In this document: in pieces, positions 41,153 to 51,621 of the stretch
Position numbering within the stretch: position 1 is the first letter of the stretch
How the letters are laid out: each line of letters opens with the position of its first letter
Source of the DNA: a virus
Lineage: Duplodnaviria; Caudoviricetes
Length of the DNA: 59,969 nt
Strand: one strand, 5' to 3'
IMG/VR virus record: IMGVR_UViG_3300045806_000152
Span: 1 to 59,969 of that record
The notes under the pieces: model-generated
What the model was told of the DNA's origin: nothing
Seen by the model: the letters and a program-made list of their open reading frames with translations, nothing else
Database searches by the model: none
Position numbers and translations under genes: made by a program

Positions 41153-41578
41153 CTAATAACCCCATTTCTTTCTATCACTCATTGATATAATTTCATTTAA
41201 AGGTCCTTTGAAATAAACTACACGCTTTTGAGGTAAGTATACATCACGATATTTTCTAATAATTTCAGACCCATTTGGAGAAGTAAATCTAAGTTCTAAT
41301 TCTGCCCATTCTCCATTTGGATGTCCACTACCTGTATAACTTGCTAGATACACACTAGAGCCATCGCTATAGCTAGCTATACTCTTATTAAAGGATTCTG
41401 TTGGTAAATGTGCCCAAAAATCTACTCTATAATCCTTAAGGATAGCATCATTTAGGTTATTATACCAATGTCCTTTTAGATAATGCAATTCTCTTAACCC
41501 ATGTATATAAGACCATGTTACATATAGACCAGGGATATCAGGTTTTAATTCTAACTTATTCCACATTTTTAGTCTCAC
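41153..41578 (-). CDS. Hypothetical protein
   Basis: ORF in operon. Confidence 0.55.
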   Translation of the reverse strand: MRLKMWNKLELKPDIPGLYVTWSYIHGLRELHYLKGHWYNNLNDAILKDYRVDFWAHLPTESFNKSIASYSDGSSVYLASYTGSGHPNGEWAELELRFTSPNGSEIIRKYRDVYLPQKRVVYFKGPLNEIISMSDRKKWGY

Positions 41579-41712
41579 TAATTTTAATCATTTCGTTAGC
41601 TACTAGATAAGACATTCTAGCTGCATACTCAATATCATCCATAAAGAGTGTTTCTGACTTATTTAGAAATACTTTCATAGCCTCTATTGCTATATAATCT
41701 TTCTTAGACAAG

Positions 41713-42087
41713 TTAATCATTTAATAATTCCAATTTAACTAAAAGCTCTCTCATAGCTTCCCAATCAACATACTTCCTACCATTTGGTTGAGAGATAGTG
41801 GGGCAACCTGCTGCGGCATCGTCAATATAAACATGTGCATATGCTTTAGGGGAATTAGTCCAATGGTGTTGTGTTGGGTTATTGTTTATACCATATAATT
41901 CCACATTATATCTTTCAAATAGGTCTATAGCTGCTTGTAGTTCTTTCCCGCTACGCATTGTATATAGAATTATTTTATGATTAGCATCTACAAGTTCCTG
42001 CAATACTTGCCACGCTCCAATATTATCTCCAATTTCTGGATAAGCATGTGTACATACGGTTCCATCAAAATCTACTGCTATATACAT
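41713..42087 (-). CDS. HAD-superfamily hydrolase
   Basis: IAVDFDGT, ILYTMR, K..A..YIDD. Confidence 0.88.
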   Translation of the reverse strand: MYIAVDFDGTVCTHAYPEIGDNIGAWQVLQELVDANHKIILYTMRSGKELQAAIDLFERYNVELYGINNNPTQHHWTNSPKAYAHVYIDDAAAGCPTISQPNGRKYVDWEAMRELLVKLELLND

Positions 42088-42181
42088 ATAAACCCCTATT
42101 TAAAATATAACATACCTTTTGTCTACTACTAATCTTTCTTGAATAATATCATCTTTATTTATTTTAAACCCTTAAATAAAA

Positions 42182-42931
42182 CTAATAGTAATAACCATAA
42201 TCAATCAGTTCATATCTAACCACATCTATATAGATACTATTAGGTGTTGGAGAGTTAATTATATCTTCTACTTTTAAATACAAAGTAATTAGCTTTGGTG
42301 CATTCAAATTAATCTCAGAATCACCTTGGATTAAATCGCCGAGATCAGCATCTTCACCTATTTGATTGTCATCTACAGGGATATCAATCTTAAAGAATGA
42401 ATCCAAATCAATACCTTGTACTATAGAATCCCTTAAACCAGTTATATTTACAACAATAGCTGAACTTAAAAGTTTATCAACAGTTGTTATTGGTGAAGGA
42501 TCATCCTCAGCCTCTACAAATGAAACCATATACTCATTCTTAGAATTTTGGTAATATGCTATACCAAAATCTTTAGGGTAGTCTACTTTACCTCCCCAAT
42601 ACTCCATATTTTCTTTATACTTATAAGGTAGATTTGGTGCCTTTTCAAATATACCAAAACGAAGATTACTTGGGAATTTAATTGCAGCATACAAAGGTTC
42701 AATTACAAGAGACTCTTTAGGGATAATACCATATTCAATATTATCATAATTGAAATAATAACCTTTCTTTTCATTCAAAGCTATATCACCGCCTACAGAT
42801 TGTATACGCTCATAAAAATCTTTCGAACGAATCTGTGTGATTAAATCATGTTGCTCCTGATCCAGAAATACGCGGAACTTATTAGTAGCTACATATTGTT
42901 CATTCTCAATATTACCTTGGGTATCACTCAT
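42182..42931 (-). CDS. Hypothetical acidic protein
   Basis: 249-aa ORF overlapping the upstream stop. Confidence 0.7.
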   Translation of the reverse strand: MSDTQGNIENEQYVATNKFRVFLDQEQHDLITQIRSKDFYERIQSVGGDIALNEKKGYYFNYDNIEYGIIPKESLVIEPLYAAIKFPSNLRFGIFEKAPNLPYKYKENMEYWGGKVDYPKDFGIAYYQNSKNEYMVSFVEAEDDPSPITTVDKLLSSAIVVNITGLRDSIVQGIDLDSFFKIDIPVDDNQIGEDADLGDLIQGDSEINLNAPKLITLYLKVEDIINSPTPNSIYIDVVRYELIDYGYYY

Positions 42932-44078
42932 GTATAGTCCAACCTTTCTTTAATAATTTCAAGCGGTATGCATTTTCGATATCTTTTCTGCTTATATGAA
43001 ATAATGTTTGATCTTCTCTTGGTAACTTAGTTGCAATTTTATTTCTGATGTTATTTGCAATGGCTTCTTTATCAATACCTTCAGGTAAATATGTTTGGCA
43101 TTTATTTCTAAATACTCTGTCTACATCATATTGATTATTAAAAATAAACTTCTTAACCTCTTCGATATCATGAAGGTATACTACATGTATCTCTTTTGAG
43201 CACAATGGGGATTTACCTTTAAAGTATCTTGGATAGGAAGCACTATTACTCGATTCTTCAAATTTAAATTTAACACCTTCCCATAGAGTCTCAAGTACAT
43301 TAAGATTAGTAATAATTATATCAATATCATTAAACTCTATATTACCTATTGGATCAACGAGATGTTTGTACATACTTCCAAATAAGAAAATATCTGGATC
43401 AAAATTTAGGTACCTGTATAATTGAGCCATATCTAAAAATAACTCTGTACCTTTCATTTCATATTCGGTTAAGTAAATACTTTCTAAACAAGTATACTTA
43501 TTAACAAATACTATATTTTCATCTATAGGGTTATTATCATTGAATTCTCTAAAATTTATTTCAAAAATACTATTTAGATTTTCTCTAAGAACTAATCTCT
43601 TTTGGAGTTTTGTTTGTAAGGATTTGTATTGAGGTAATAGCTTTATTAACTCATTAGCTGGAAGTGGTGGAAGAACTAGAGAGTATTCCACTTCTATACC
43701 TCCCCATAGATGTTGATATCTAGATAATCTATCAAGTACATCATTGTCTAAAGAAATAGACACATAATCTAAATCTCTTAAGAAATGTATCCATTCAATT
43801 TCACGTGTAATTATCCTGGTTTTCTTTCCTGAAGCTTTTATATAGGATAATAGTTCAGAGAGTTCCCCATGATTGCTTTTAAATTTCCATAAAGGGTCAC
43901 CACCACCAGATATTGTGATAAATGTCTTATTACAGCCACTTATAAAATCACCTATATCTTCCCAATCTGGTAATCCATGTGGTAAATCTGGATGTTCTCT
44001 CCAATTGCAATAGCTGCAATTTTTAGCACAACCAAAAGCACGCTTACTCCAATTAACTACAATAGTATGATTATTCAT
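42924..44078 (-). CDS. Radical SAM domain fused to a nucleotidyltransferase-like domain
   Basis: CAKNCSYC and SGGGDPL in the N-terminal half; FLFGS...NDIDIII in the C-terminal half. Confidence 0.75.
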   Translation of the reverse strand: MNNHTIVVNWSKRAFGCAKNCSYCNWREHPDLPHGLPDWEDIGDFISGCNKTFITISGGGDPLWKFKSNHGELSELLSYIKASGKKTRIITREIEWIHFLRDLDYVSISLDNDVLDRLSRYQHLWGGIEVEYSLVLPPLPANELIKLLPQYKSLQTKLQKRLVLRENLNSIFEINFREFNDNNPIDENIVFVNKYTCLESIYLTEYEMKGTELFLDMAQLYRYLNFDPDIFLFGSMYKHLVDPIGNIEFNDIDIIITNLNVLETLWEGVKFKFEESSNSASYPRYFKGKSPLCSKEIHVVYLHDIEEVKKFIFNNQYDVDRVFRNKCQTYLPEGIDKEAIANNIRNKIATKLPREDQTLFHISRKDIENAYRLKLLKKGWTIHE

Positions 44079-44334
44079 TGGCTATCCTTAATAAGTAATC
44101 ACCATGACAACGTGCAGGTTTGCATGAACATTTTAAATCTTTTCCTTTTAGGTATTTCTTGATATCTGCTTTTAATGTTGGATGATTCTCTACATAAGCT
44201 ATAAACTTATTACATACATCATGTCTAGAACCATCCTTTCCAATTTCATACGGGTTTCCCCAAGGTGTATTTCTACCTATATAAACAGCATCTATAGGGC
44301 AGTTTTTATTATGTCTATTATAAATGTCTGGCAA
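44071..44334 (-). CDS. DUF4326 protein
   Basis: VYIGR.TPWGNPY...LKGKDLKCSCKP..CHGD. Confidence 0.9.
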   Translation of the reverse strand: MPDIYNRHNKNCPIDAVYIGRNTPWGNPYEIGKDGSRHDVCNKFIAYVENHPTLKADIKKYLKGKDLKCSCKPARCHGDYLLRIANE

Positions 44335-44661
44335 TTATTCCTCCATTGGAACTAGCTTTAATCTTTGTACACTGTAGTACCCCGTTACAAAAATAGAACC
44401 ATTACCATAGTTACCATATTGCCCATATCCAGGTGCTGTGCAATCCCAATATCCATTTGCTTTTTGTTTATTAATATCTTCTATATTTTTAGAATTCCAT
44501 TTCATATCAAATATTTGATCTGGATATCTAGTAGTTTGATAAAAATTAGGATCACCATTATGCTCAGATTTAGGTGGTAAACAATTTGGCCATTTCCCAA
44601 AGGAGTGATCTTGAAATATTGGAGCGCCTATATTAATCATACCTTTACATTCTTTTATCAT
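44335..44661 (-). CDS. Hypothetical protein
   Basis: ORF downstream of the RNAP. Confidence 0.6.
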   Translation of the reverse strand: MIKECKGMINIGAPIFQDHSFGKWPNCLPPKSEHNGDPNFYQTTRYPDQIFDMKWNSKNIEDINKQKANGYWDCTAPGYGQYGNYGNGSIFVTGYYSVQRLKLVPMEE

Positions 44662-44705
44662 AATTAAAAATTCCTCTTAATTGATACATTATCCATATTA
44701 CCTTC

Positions 44706-47700
44706 TTAACAAAATGCATATTCTGATTCAAGAATAGCTGCAACATTTAAATTACCTATTTCTACTTTTTCTAATGAACCTCCAATATCTTCCATCAACT
44801 TTTTCAATGGATCATTACTGTATAATTCTACAAATGTCTCCCTTACAATCAGAAATAAATCAGACATATCCCCTAATAAACAACCATAACTATCATGTAT
44901 CGTAGTCACTGGGAAATTAGCCTTGCAGACAGTCATTATTAAATGTGTGGCATCTAAACTGTGGATTGCATTTGGTGAAGCACCATTAGATTGCTTACCT
45001 CTAGATGGTTTAGTTATTTCCGTATGACATATTCTAAGCTGTAATGTATTTGGATAATAACCTGAACTAGTCCTTGTCATTCCCTCATGAGGACCATATT
45101 GTACCCAAATCTGCTTAACTTCCCCTTCTATATAATGCTGTACAACAGGGAAGTTAACTATTGGGGTATGCCAAGATAAAAACTCACCTTTGGCCTCTGC
45201 TGCTATTCCTGCCTCTGTAAAGACTGAAAGTAATCTCATTGGTTTAGCAATACTTGTTTTGCAGTCTTCATAAATTAAGCGTCCTAAGAAAACTGCCCAG
45301 GATAACTCTAAATATATTAACAGATCAAGTCCGTGTTTTCTAGCATCATCATACACCTGCGTCCCCATCCCATAGGGCGTACTTCCATCGTTTTATTCAA
45401 TCATAATCGTTAGTTATGATCCGTATTACCTAATTAGTTTATTAAGAACTTGCAAATTCGCCATGCAAGTCTTTTGCTTTAGCTGCATATGCATCCGCAG
45501 CCTCCTCTGGTGTATCAAACAATCCTATGTAAACCTTTTTATTAATCTTACCATCAAATATTCTAGCTTGGTATTTTCTGCTTGGAGTTATATGGACACC
45601 TTTAAAACCTGTAGTGCTATTCTTAGGTAGCCCTGTATTTGCACGCTGCTGACTTCTAGTTGCTAATCTTAAGTTTTCAATCTTATTGTTTAATGGATTT
45701 CTATCCTTGTGGTCCACTTGGTAGCCACTCGGTATTAATCCAAAATGCATTTCCCAAATAACATTATGAAGCATATAGGTTTTTATCTTATGTTCTAGCT
45801 GATAATATCCATTACTATTAATCCAACCAACTTCATAACTACCGCTTATAGCTTCTTTTCTAGTTAGTGTACCTTCCTGATTATATATAAAATAAAATCT
45901 CCAGTATTCCTCTACACTAACTTCCTTCTCAACTATTACGGGTATTTTAAAAACTCTAATACTTAGTGAATTATCTTTTTGATCTATATTTGTGTTACTT
46001 GTTGGTACTTTAAATTTTAACATTTTATTCTTATAATTTTATTCTTAGGTAATACTGCTACACATTACTATGTAGACTAGACTATATCATCATTCAATTA
46101 AAAATTAATTGAAGCTGGGCGCTTCCACTCACTTGAGTGTATGGAATTCATCTTCTGTTCTAGAAGGTATTTCCTAGTCGTTGCTCCTTCAATTCTATTC
46201 CTAGAAAAGCTTGGATCAGGATTGACCATGGCGAATGGTTATCCCCTGAGTTCACCCAATTTTAATATCGCAATTTTGTTTACGATATGGTCATCGTACT
46301 TCTTTTTACTATTTTTCTTCTATACTTATTATCTTTGACACGCATCCAAAATACTACAGACGAATTTTTTAATGTTTCAGTATTATCAGCTTTTAATTGC
46401 TGTAGTTCAGCTACTAAATTTTTCCTATGATCACTACGCTGTTCTGCAGCCATTATTTGCTTCTTTAATTCAATTATATTATCAATAAACTCTTCGTATA
46501 TCTCTGCTTCTGCATGGGGAATTTCATCATAGGTTTCTTGTAGATGTTCCCAGACATGTTTGGCCACATGTAGATAGATGTCTCCGGGGAATTCTGATGG
46601 AGTCAGATTAACATGAGGAGCTGTTTGACTATCTAGAGTGAGAGCCGACAAATGTTGTATTCCATTATTACTCAATATGTTCGAAATGATTCGTTAAATC
46701 ATTCCCGTTGTGTATTAGTCGTTAGCGGCGACGTGCTTCCATGTTGTTCCGGCCCTTATACATCTTAAGGCTCCACCTGATATATTATATTCTTTTTGTA
46801 ATAAGGCTATAGATACTCCATTTCTAAGTTTCTTTTTAATTTCAGCCACTCTAGATTCATCTAATTTAGAAATTACTAAAGCTGAACCTAACAAACGTGT
46901 TTCTTTTGTTATTTCAAATAATCTGTAGGGTTCTGGCCATGCTACATGCATCCAAGACTTATTCATAAGTACTGGCCGCTAACCAATAATTTTAATACAC
47001 AACTGCTATATATTACTATATAGTTCAGACTATCTCTTCTCCACCTAAAATAGGCTTCGTTTTGCACTTCCCATTCACTTGAATGGTACGATCTTTCGAT
47101 CTAGTCGTTACACCCGATTTAACTTGGCTCGGTATTGTCCCTAGACTCCATACTAGTAGGATGTTCACCGAATTCACAAAATTTTATGACAGCCGTAAAT
47201 TAACCGTCAATAAATACCTCTAAATTGCTTTCGTAAGAGTATATTGCATTTTCAATACAAACACCCTCCTGAGCTAATTTGAATTCTTCCAATTCAGCCC
47301 AAGTTTTAGCTTTACGCCATTCCATACATGCAGCCAGGAATTGCCACGGAGAATCTGCGTTTTGCCAACGAGTATTTACTTTAGGGTTATCAGCATACGA
47401 CAATAACACTTCTTCATTGTCAATACACCACAATACCCTATCATTAAGAGGTATCTTATCGGTTTTAAACCCATCATCTCTTCCCGCATCGCCTGCCCAG
47501 TTGCTAGCTATAGATATAAGTAGCCAATAAAATCCTTGTTCACCTATAGGTTTACTGTCTGCTCTTAATAACATACCCCTTGACATATCTGAGCCTTGTT
47601 CATGCATATAGGCTGTGGCTGGATAACGTCTTGATCTAAAATCGTAATAATATAACATTTGTTAAAATAAATCGTTAATTTATTCTTTCTAAATTATTAT

Positions 47701-49202
47701 ATGAGACCAATTTCTACCTGTTCTAATACAATTGATAGTGCCACTATGTACTCCAAATAATTCTGCTAACTCTTTATTTGTAGCACCAGCCAGCATTAAC
47801 ATTTTTATATCATATACAGATTCATTAGTTAATTTACTATTTATTGCTGTTTCACCTTTTGTCATTAATCCAGAATTTTTGGCATGAATAACATTATATA
47901 GTTGTGTACACCACTCTAAGTTATCCATATGATTATTCCTTTTATTAGTATCTTTATGATTTACTTTTGGTAAATTATAAGGATTTTCTATAAAAGTTAT
48001 TGCTACAAGACGATGAACCCTTTCTGTTTTATTTATACCATCAACACAAAGTTGTACTTGTAAATATCCTTGACCATTATCATTCTGCTTTAAGACACGA
48101 CCTTCTTTTATATATTCGCCACCAAAAGTGCTATTAACTATTTTAGTTTTACTTTTGATATTACCATAAGATGAAACTTCATAGTACTCATTAAAATCTT
48201 TCCAAATTTCCATTATAATTCTCCGAATTATTTAATTTAAAAACTGTATGTTACCATACATGATCAGACTATATCATAATAGTTTCCACTATTCCTTGCG
48301 CTTCCAATTCACTTGAATTGTACTCTACTAAGTTTATATCATATCCATGATTACTTTTCGATAGTCGTTGCCCCCGATTTAACTTGGGTCAGGATTGGCT
48401 TATGGACTCCATACCTATTAGCTATTTCCTGAGTTCACAAGGTTTACTACCACCTATATTAATGGTAGAATGTTTTACCAATAAATCTCTTGGCAATCCC
48501 TTGAATAGCTTTAGCTTCTCTAAGTTTAGATTGCTTTGCCTCTCTAGAGACCATTTCCCATATCTCACTAAATACCTCAGTTTTATTCCTTAATGCCCAT
48601 GCATATATATGATAAATAGGTTCATTAATTTTCCATCCAACCTGCTGTGCACGATTTACACATTCAAAAACCATCGGGCATCTTTCAGGTGTTAATTCTG
48701 CAAGTACATCGGTATTTGCAGTTTTTACAAGCATAGCCCCAGTAGGGTGCCTGGATGATACCCATGGCTCAAACGGGGTTTCTGATGGCAGCTTATCTGA
48801 CTTTTGTGTTGGAATAACACTCCAAAGCTTACTAATTTCATCATCATTCATAACTTCTAGAATATATGTAGCATGACCATTAGAAGCACGTCCTAATTTA
48901 ATTTCAAGCATTCCTAAGATTTGAAATGAATATAGAATGAATGCCCCAGCTCTAGCTGCAGTCCCAGAATCTCTCTTTAACTTAAATGCATTACGTATTG
49001 CATGGCCTATAGCTGTAATAACTTTAGCCATAAGAATTGTTTGCATAGAACCCTTACCAACACGAGTGTATAGGTATACTATTGAGATTGATAGATCTAC
49101 TATATCTTCTACAGGAAGTTCTTTTAGAAATACTACAGGGTTTTGTGAAACAATTTCAGATTCTAAACGATTTGTTATGGATGCAATTAATTTTTGTTTC
49201 AT
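44706..49202 (-). CDS. T7-like single-subunit RNA polymerase, 755 aa after splicing; exons 49202-48462, 47655-47203, 46672-46282, 45388-44706
   Basis: Spliced motifs FYH|LYYYDFRSRRY, FIDG|SNNGIQH (motif A), RKIVKRSTMTISY|GS (motif B, Tyr codon split), PNAIHSLDA, IHDSYG (motif C). Confidence 0.93.
45389..46281 (-). mobile_element. Group I intron 3 (893 nt) of the RNAP gene
   Basis: P1 AUAUCGU/GCGAUAU, R-like AACGACUA, S-like UGAUAUAGUC, terminal G. Confidence 0.9.
45442..46023 (-). CDS. Intron-encoded HNH-AP2 homing endonuclease
   Basis: VDHKDRNPLNNKIENLR and AP2-like GFKGV...YIGLFDTPEEAADAY. Confidence 0.9.
   Translation of the reverse strand: MLKFKVPTSNTNIDQKDNSLSIRVFKIPVIVEKEVSVEEYWRFYFIYNQEGTLTRKEAISGSYEVGWINSNGYYQLEHKIKTYMLHNVIWEMHFGLIPSGYQVDHKDRNPLNNKIENLRLATRSQQRANTGLPKNSTTGFKGVHITPSRKYQARIFDGKINKKVYIGLFDTPEEAADAYAAKAKDLHGEFASS
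46673..47202 (-). mobile_element. Group I intron 2 (530 nt) of the RNAP gene
   Basis: P1 GACGGU/GCUGUC, R-like AACGACUA, S-like AGAUAGUC, terminal G before AGT AAT AAT. Confidence 0.9.
46715..46966 (-). pseudogene. Remnant homing endonuclease (C-terminal HTH only)
   Basis: SKLDESRV.EIK...TWKHV repeat present, no HNH core. Confidence 0.7.
47656..48461 (-). mobile_element. Group I intron 1 (806 nt) of the RNAP gene
   Basis: P1 CUACCAU/GUGGUAG, R-like AACGACUA, S-like UGAUAUAGUC, terminal G. Confidence 0.9.
47689..48213 (-). CDS. Intron-encoded NUMOD4-HNH homing endonuclease
   Basis: EIWK..YEVSSYG, VHRLVA..FIEN, VNHKDTNKRNN..DNLEW. Confidence 0.92.
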   Translation of the reverse strand: MEIWKDFNEYYEVSSYGNIKSKTKIVNSTFGGEYIKEGRVLKQNDNGQGYLQVQLCVDGINKTERVHRLVAITFIENPYNLPKVNHKDTNKRNNHMDNLEWCTQLYNVIHAKNSGLMTKGETAINSKLTNESVYDIKMLMLAGATNKELAELFGVHSGTINCIRTGRNWSHIII

Positions 49203-49493
49203 TGTTCATCCTTAATTTTATTAAATTAGTTTTTACTATTTATCTTTTGTAATATTTCAGGGATTAAAGATATTAACCAGACACATATTACAAATAATAT
49301 TAATGCTTTCATTTAGTTTTACCATTTTTCTGTAAGAAGTATGCCAAGGCTGTTCCTAAAATTATTGCATCAAGAGACAGCTTGGTGAATATAATTAATA
49401 ATGCTGCAATTGTTAACACATGTACTAAATTTTCCATATTATATTTTTATAGTTATTATGGTTATAAGAAGGATTTCTATGAATCCATTATTG

Positions 49494-49551
49494 AAAAAAA
49501 AAAAAAGTTAAATAAAAACCTAACTACACCAATTAAGGTGTAGCTAGGGTT
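49494..49551 (-). terminator. Hairpin with poly-U tail
   Basis: ctacacc-aattaa-ggtgtag stem with A13 run at 49494-49506. Confidence 0.65.
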
Positions 49552-49936
49552 AATACAAATATATATCTTTATGTGAACATGTTATTATACTTTTAAGATT
49601 CTCTACTTGTTCTTCAGAAATAAAAAATGGTACAGTTGAGTCTTTTTCATCTAAACTATATACACCTATTACATATTTTGGTGACCATAAGCTGCCCTGT
49701 ATACGCTTCATATCAGATATTTCTAATACAGAAGGGTTTAATCTTCTTATAGATTTAATAAATCTTGGATTAAGTCTAATTCTATCTAGCATATATATAT
49801 TACAATCTTTTTCAGGACCAACAAAGAACCACCCTTCAATTCTAATAAAAGGTATTGATAGCTCTTTAGACTCAGCTGCCCTTGAGACAGCCGAGGTATT
49901 CATGATATTAAACAGCTTCAGGTGAGATATCTTCAC
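49550..49936 (-). CDS. Hypothetical early protein
   Basis: ORF in early region. Confidence 0.55.
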   Translation of the reverse strand: MKISHLKLFNIMNTSAVSRAAESKELSIPFIRIEGWFFVGPEKDCNIYMLDRIRLNPRFIKSIRRLNPSVLEISDMKRIQGSLWSPKYVIGVYSLDEKDSTVPFFISEEQVENLKSIITCSHKDIYLY

Positions 49937-50255
49937 CCTTCTTAAAACTGAAGAAATCTTTAAAGTTCTGCCAATTCTTTTCAGCAGCCAAACCTAAGAT
50001 ACCACTTTTTTGAAGCTTATAAACACCAAGAGCAGACAACAATGTTCCACCTACAAAACGAATTGCAGCAGAGCCTACACACCATTCTGTTGCAAGATGT
50101 ACTGCATGTGCACTGATAAATAAACCGCCAGTCATGGTACCTGTGGCTGTAATACATGCAAAGAATGCTGCAATGGCCAATACAATCAAACCAATGATAA
50201 GTGCATTCATTGCTTCTTCTGTCAACATACCCAATAACATAAATGCTGTTTTCAT
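49908..50255 (-). CDS. Hypothetical membrane protein
   Basis: Hydrophobic helices; SD upstream. Confidence 0.7.
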   Translation of the reverse strand: MKTAFMLLGMLTEEAMNALIIGLIVLAIAAFFACITATGTMTGGLFISAHAVHLATEWCVGSAAIRFVGGTLLSALGVYKLQKSGILGLAAEKNWQNFKDFFSFKKGEDISPEAV

Positions 50256-50555
50256 ACAATTTCCTTTATAGAAGTTTAACTACAGTTTTACAACAAATAC
50301 CATTTAAGGGTGCATCCTTCATATGATAGCTGTTAGTGGATCGTGGCGTACACACCTTTTTTGACAAGCAACAACTGTCCATTCACTACAGCAATACTCG
50401 GTACAATAGTAGCAGTAGAACACTCTTTAGTATCACCTCTAGCTATTGCTATTTGTTTCTGGAACTCTTTATATTGTAGTTGTGCAGCATTCATCTAAAT
50501 CTCCTTCGATATTTGTAGATAGCCAAAAATTGGCAGTTGATATTGGAGTATTCCT

Positions 50556-50588
50556 TTATCATATAAGATGGTTGTTTTTCCGCAGTTT
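50556..50588 (-). promoter_or_regulatory. Putative phage promoter AAACTGCG-N11-ATCTTATATGATAA
   Basis: Both boxes identical to the 51838-51870 copy; spacer sequence differs. Confidence 0.65.
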
Positions 50589-50672
50589 ATCTCACGATAT
50601 TTTCTACAGAATATTCAAACTCATCTCTCATACGATCAATAGTTTCCTGTGATACACCATGAATACTACCTT

Positions 50673-51050
50673 TTAGTTATACTTCGATATAATATTATTA
50701 CGACAGACATTATCAATACCATCTTCCATATCAGATATTATACCATGACCTTCTATTATAGTAGTCCATACCATAATAGGCTCAGCATACCCTCCATAAC
50801 TATTCTTTGCGCTGATTAAATTACAAACAAAAATATACCCATTGCTGCGTGTAGTATAAAAATTAGACCTTATTTGTAAACTATCTGGGTCTCTTAAATG
50901 ATCTTTTATAGATTGGATAACTGAATTAATTTGGTCATCCCTTAAATCATATACAGTACCGTTCTTAAGAGCATACTCCATTGGGCCTTCTGATTCCTCT
51001 GCAATAGAAACTAACGGTAGCAAGGTTAATAACAATAATAAAATACGCAT
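50673..51050 (-). CDS. Secreted/periplasmic hypothetical protein
   Basis: Signal peptide; LRDPDS and AKNSYGGY motifs. Confidence 0.75.
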   Translation of the reverse strand: MRILLLLLTLLPLVSIAEESEGPMEYALKNGTVYDLRDDQINSVIQSIKDHLRDPDSLQIRSNFYTTRSNGYIFVCNLISAKNSYGGYAEPIMVWTTIIEGHGIISDMEDGIDNVCRNNIISKYN

Positions 51051-51183
51051 TTTTATTCTCCAAAATTAAATATGACAAAATATAAGCCAAACTAACCAAC
51101 AGCTAAATACTACAATTCCAATTACACCAACCCATGCATCTACATGTGGTTGATCCAGCCATTTCCTATTCATACTATTCTCC

Positions 51184-51621
51184 TTAAGGGTACTGAGAAG
51201 GCAGCAAATAATCTTGTGGACGAAGGTGTCCATTAAAATCATCTGCATCATAATTTTTGATATTGATTGGAAGTAATGTACCTTCAACCAATTCTATTGC
51301 ATCACATACAAGGTTGAATACCTTATTTGTACCTGTAGCAGTACGGTGGAAATCTGAATCGGATGTGTATAATGTTTCCATATTACACCCATATTCTTGT
51401 AAGATACATGCTGTTTTCTTGGAATATACAGAGCTATCTAGGAATTCATACAGCTTAAAATTACCAAGTCTGAATCGGAGACATGGTGCTTTACTCCCAT
51501 CTTCATATGTAATGAATTTAAATTCTGAAGGTATATTTCTCATAAGAAATACTGCTGCAACTGCTGGCAACAAACCAGCTGATTTTACTGCGTTATTAAA
51601 GTTCATTTTAATTCCTTTCAA
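51184..51621 (-). CDS. Hypothetical early protein
   Basis: 145-aa ORF. Confidence 0.6.
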   Translation of the reverse strand: MKGIKMNFNNAVKSAGLLPAVAAVFLMRNIPSEFKFITYEDGSKAPCLRFRLGNFKLYEFLDSSVYSKKTACILQEYGCNMETLYTSDSDFHRTATGTNKVFNLVCDAIELVEGTLLPINIKNYDADDFNGHLRPQDYLLPSQYP

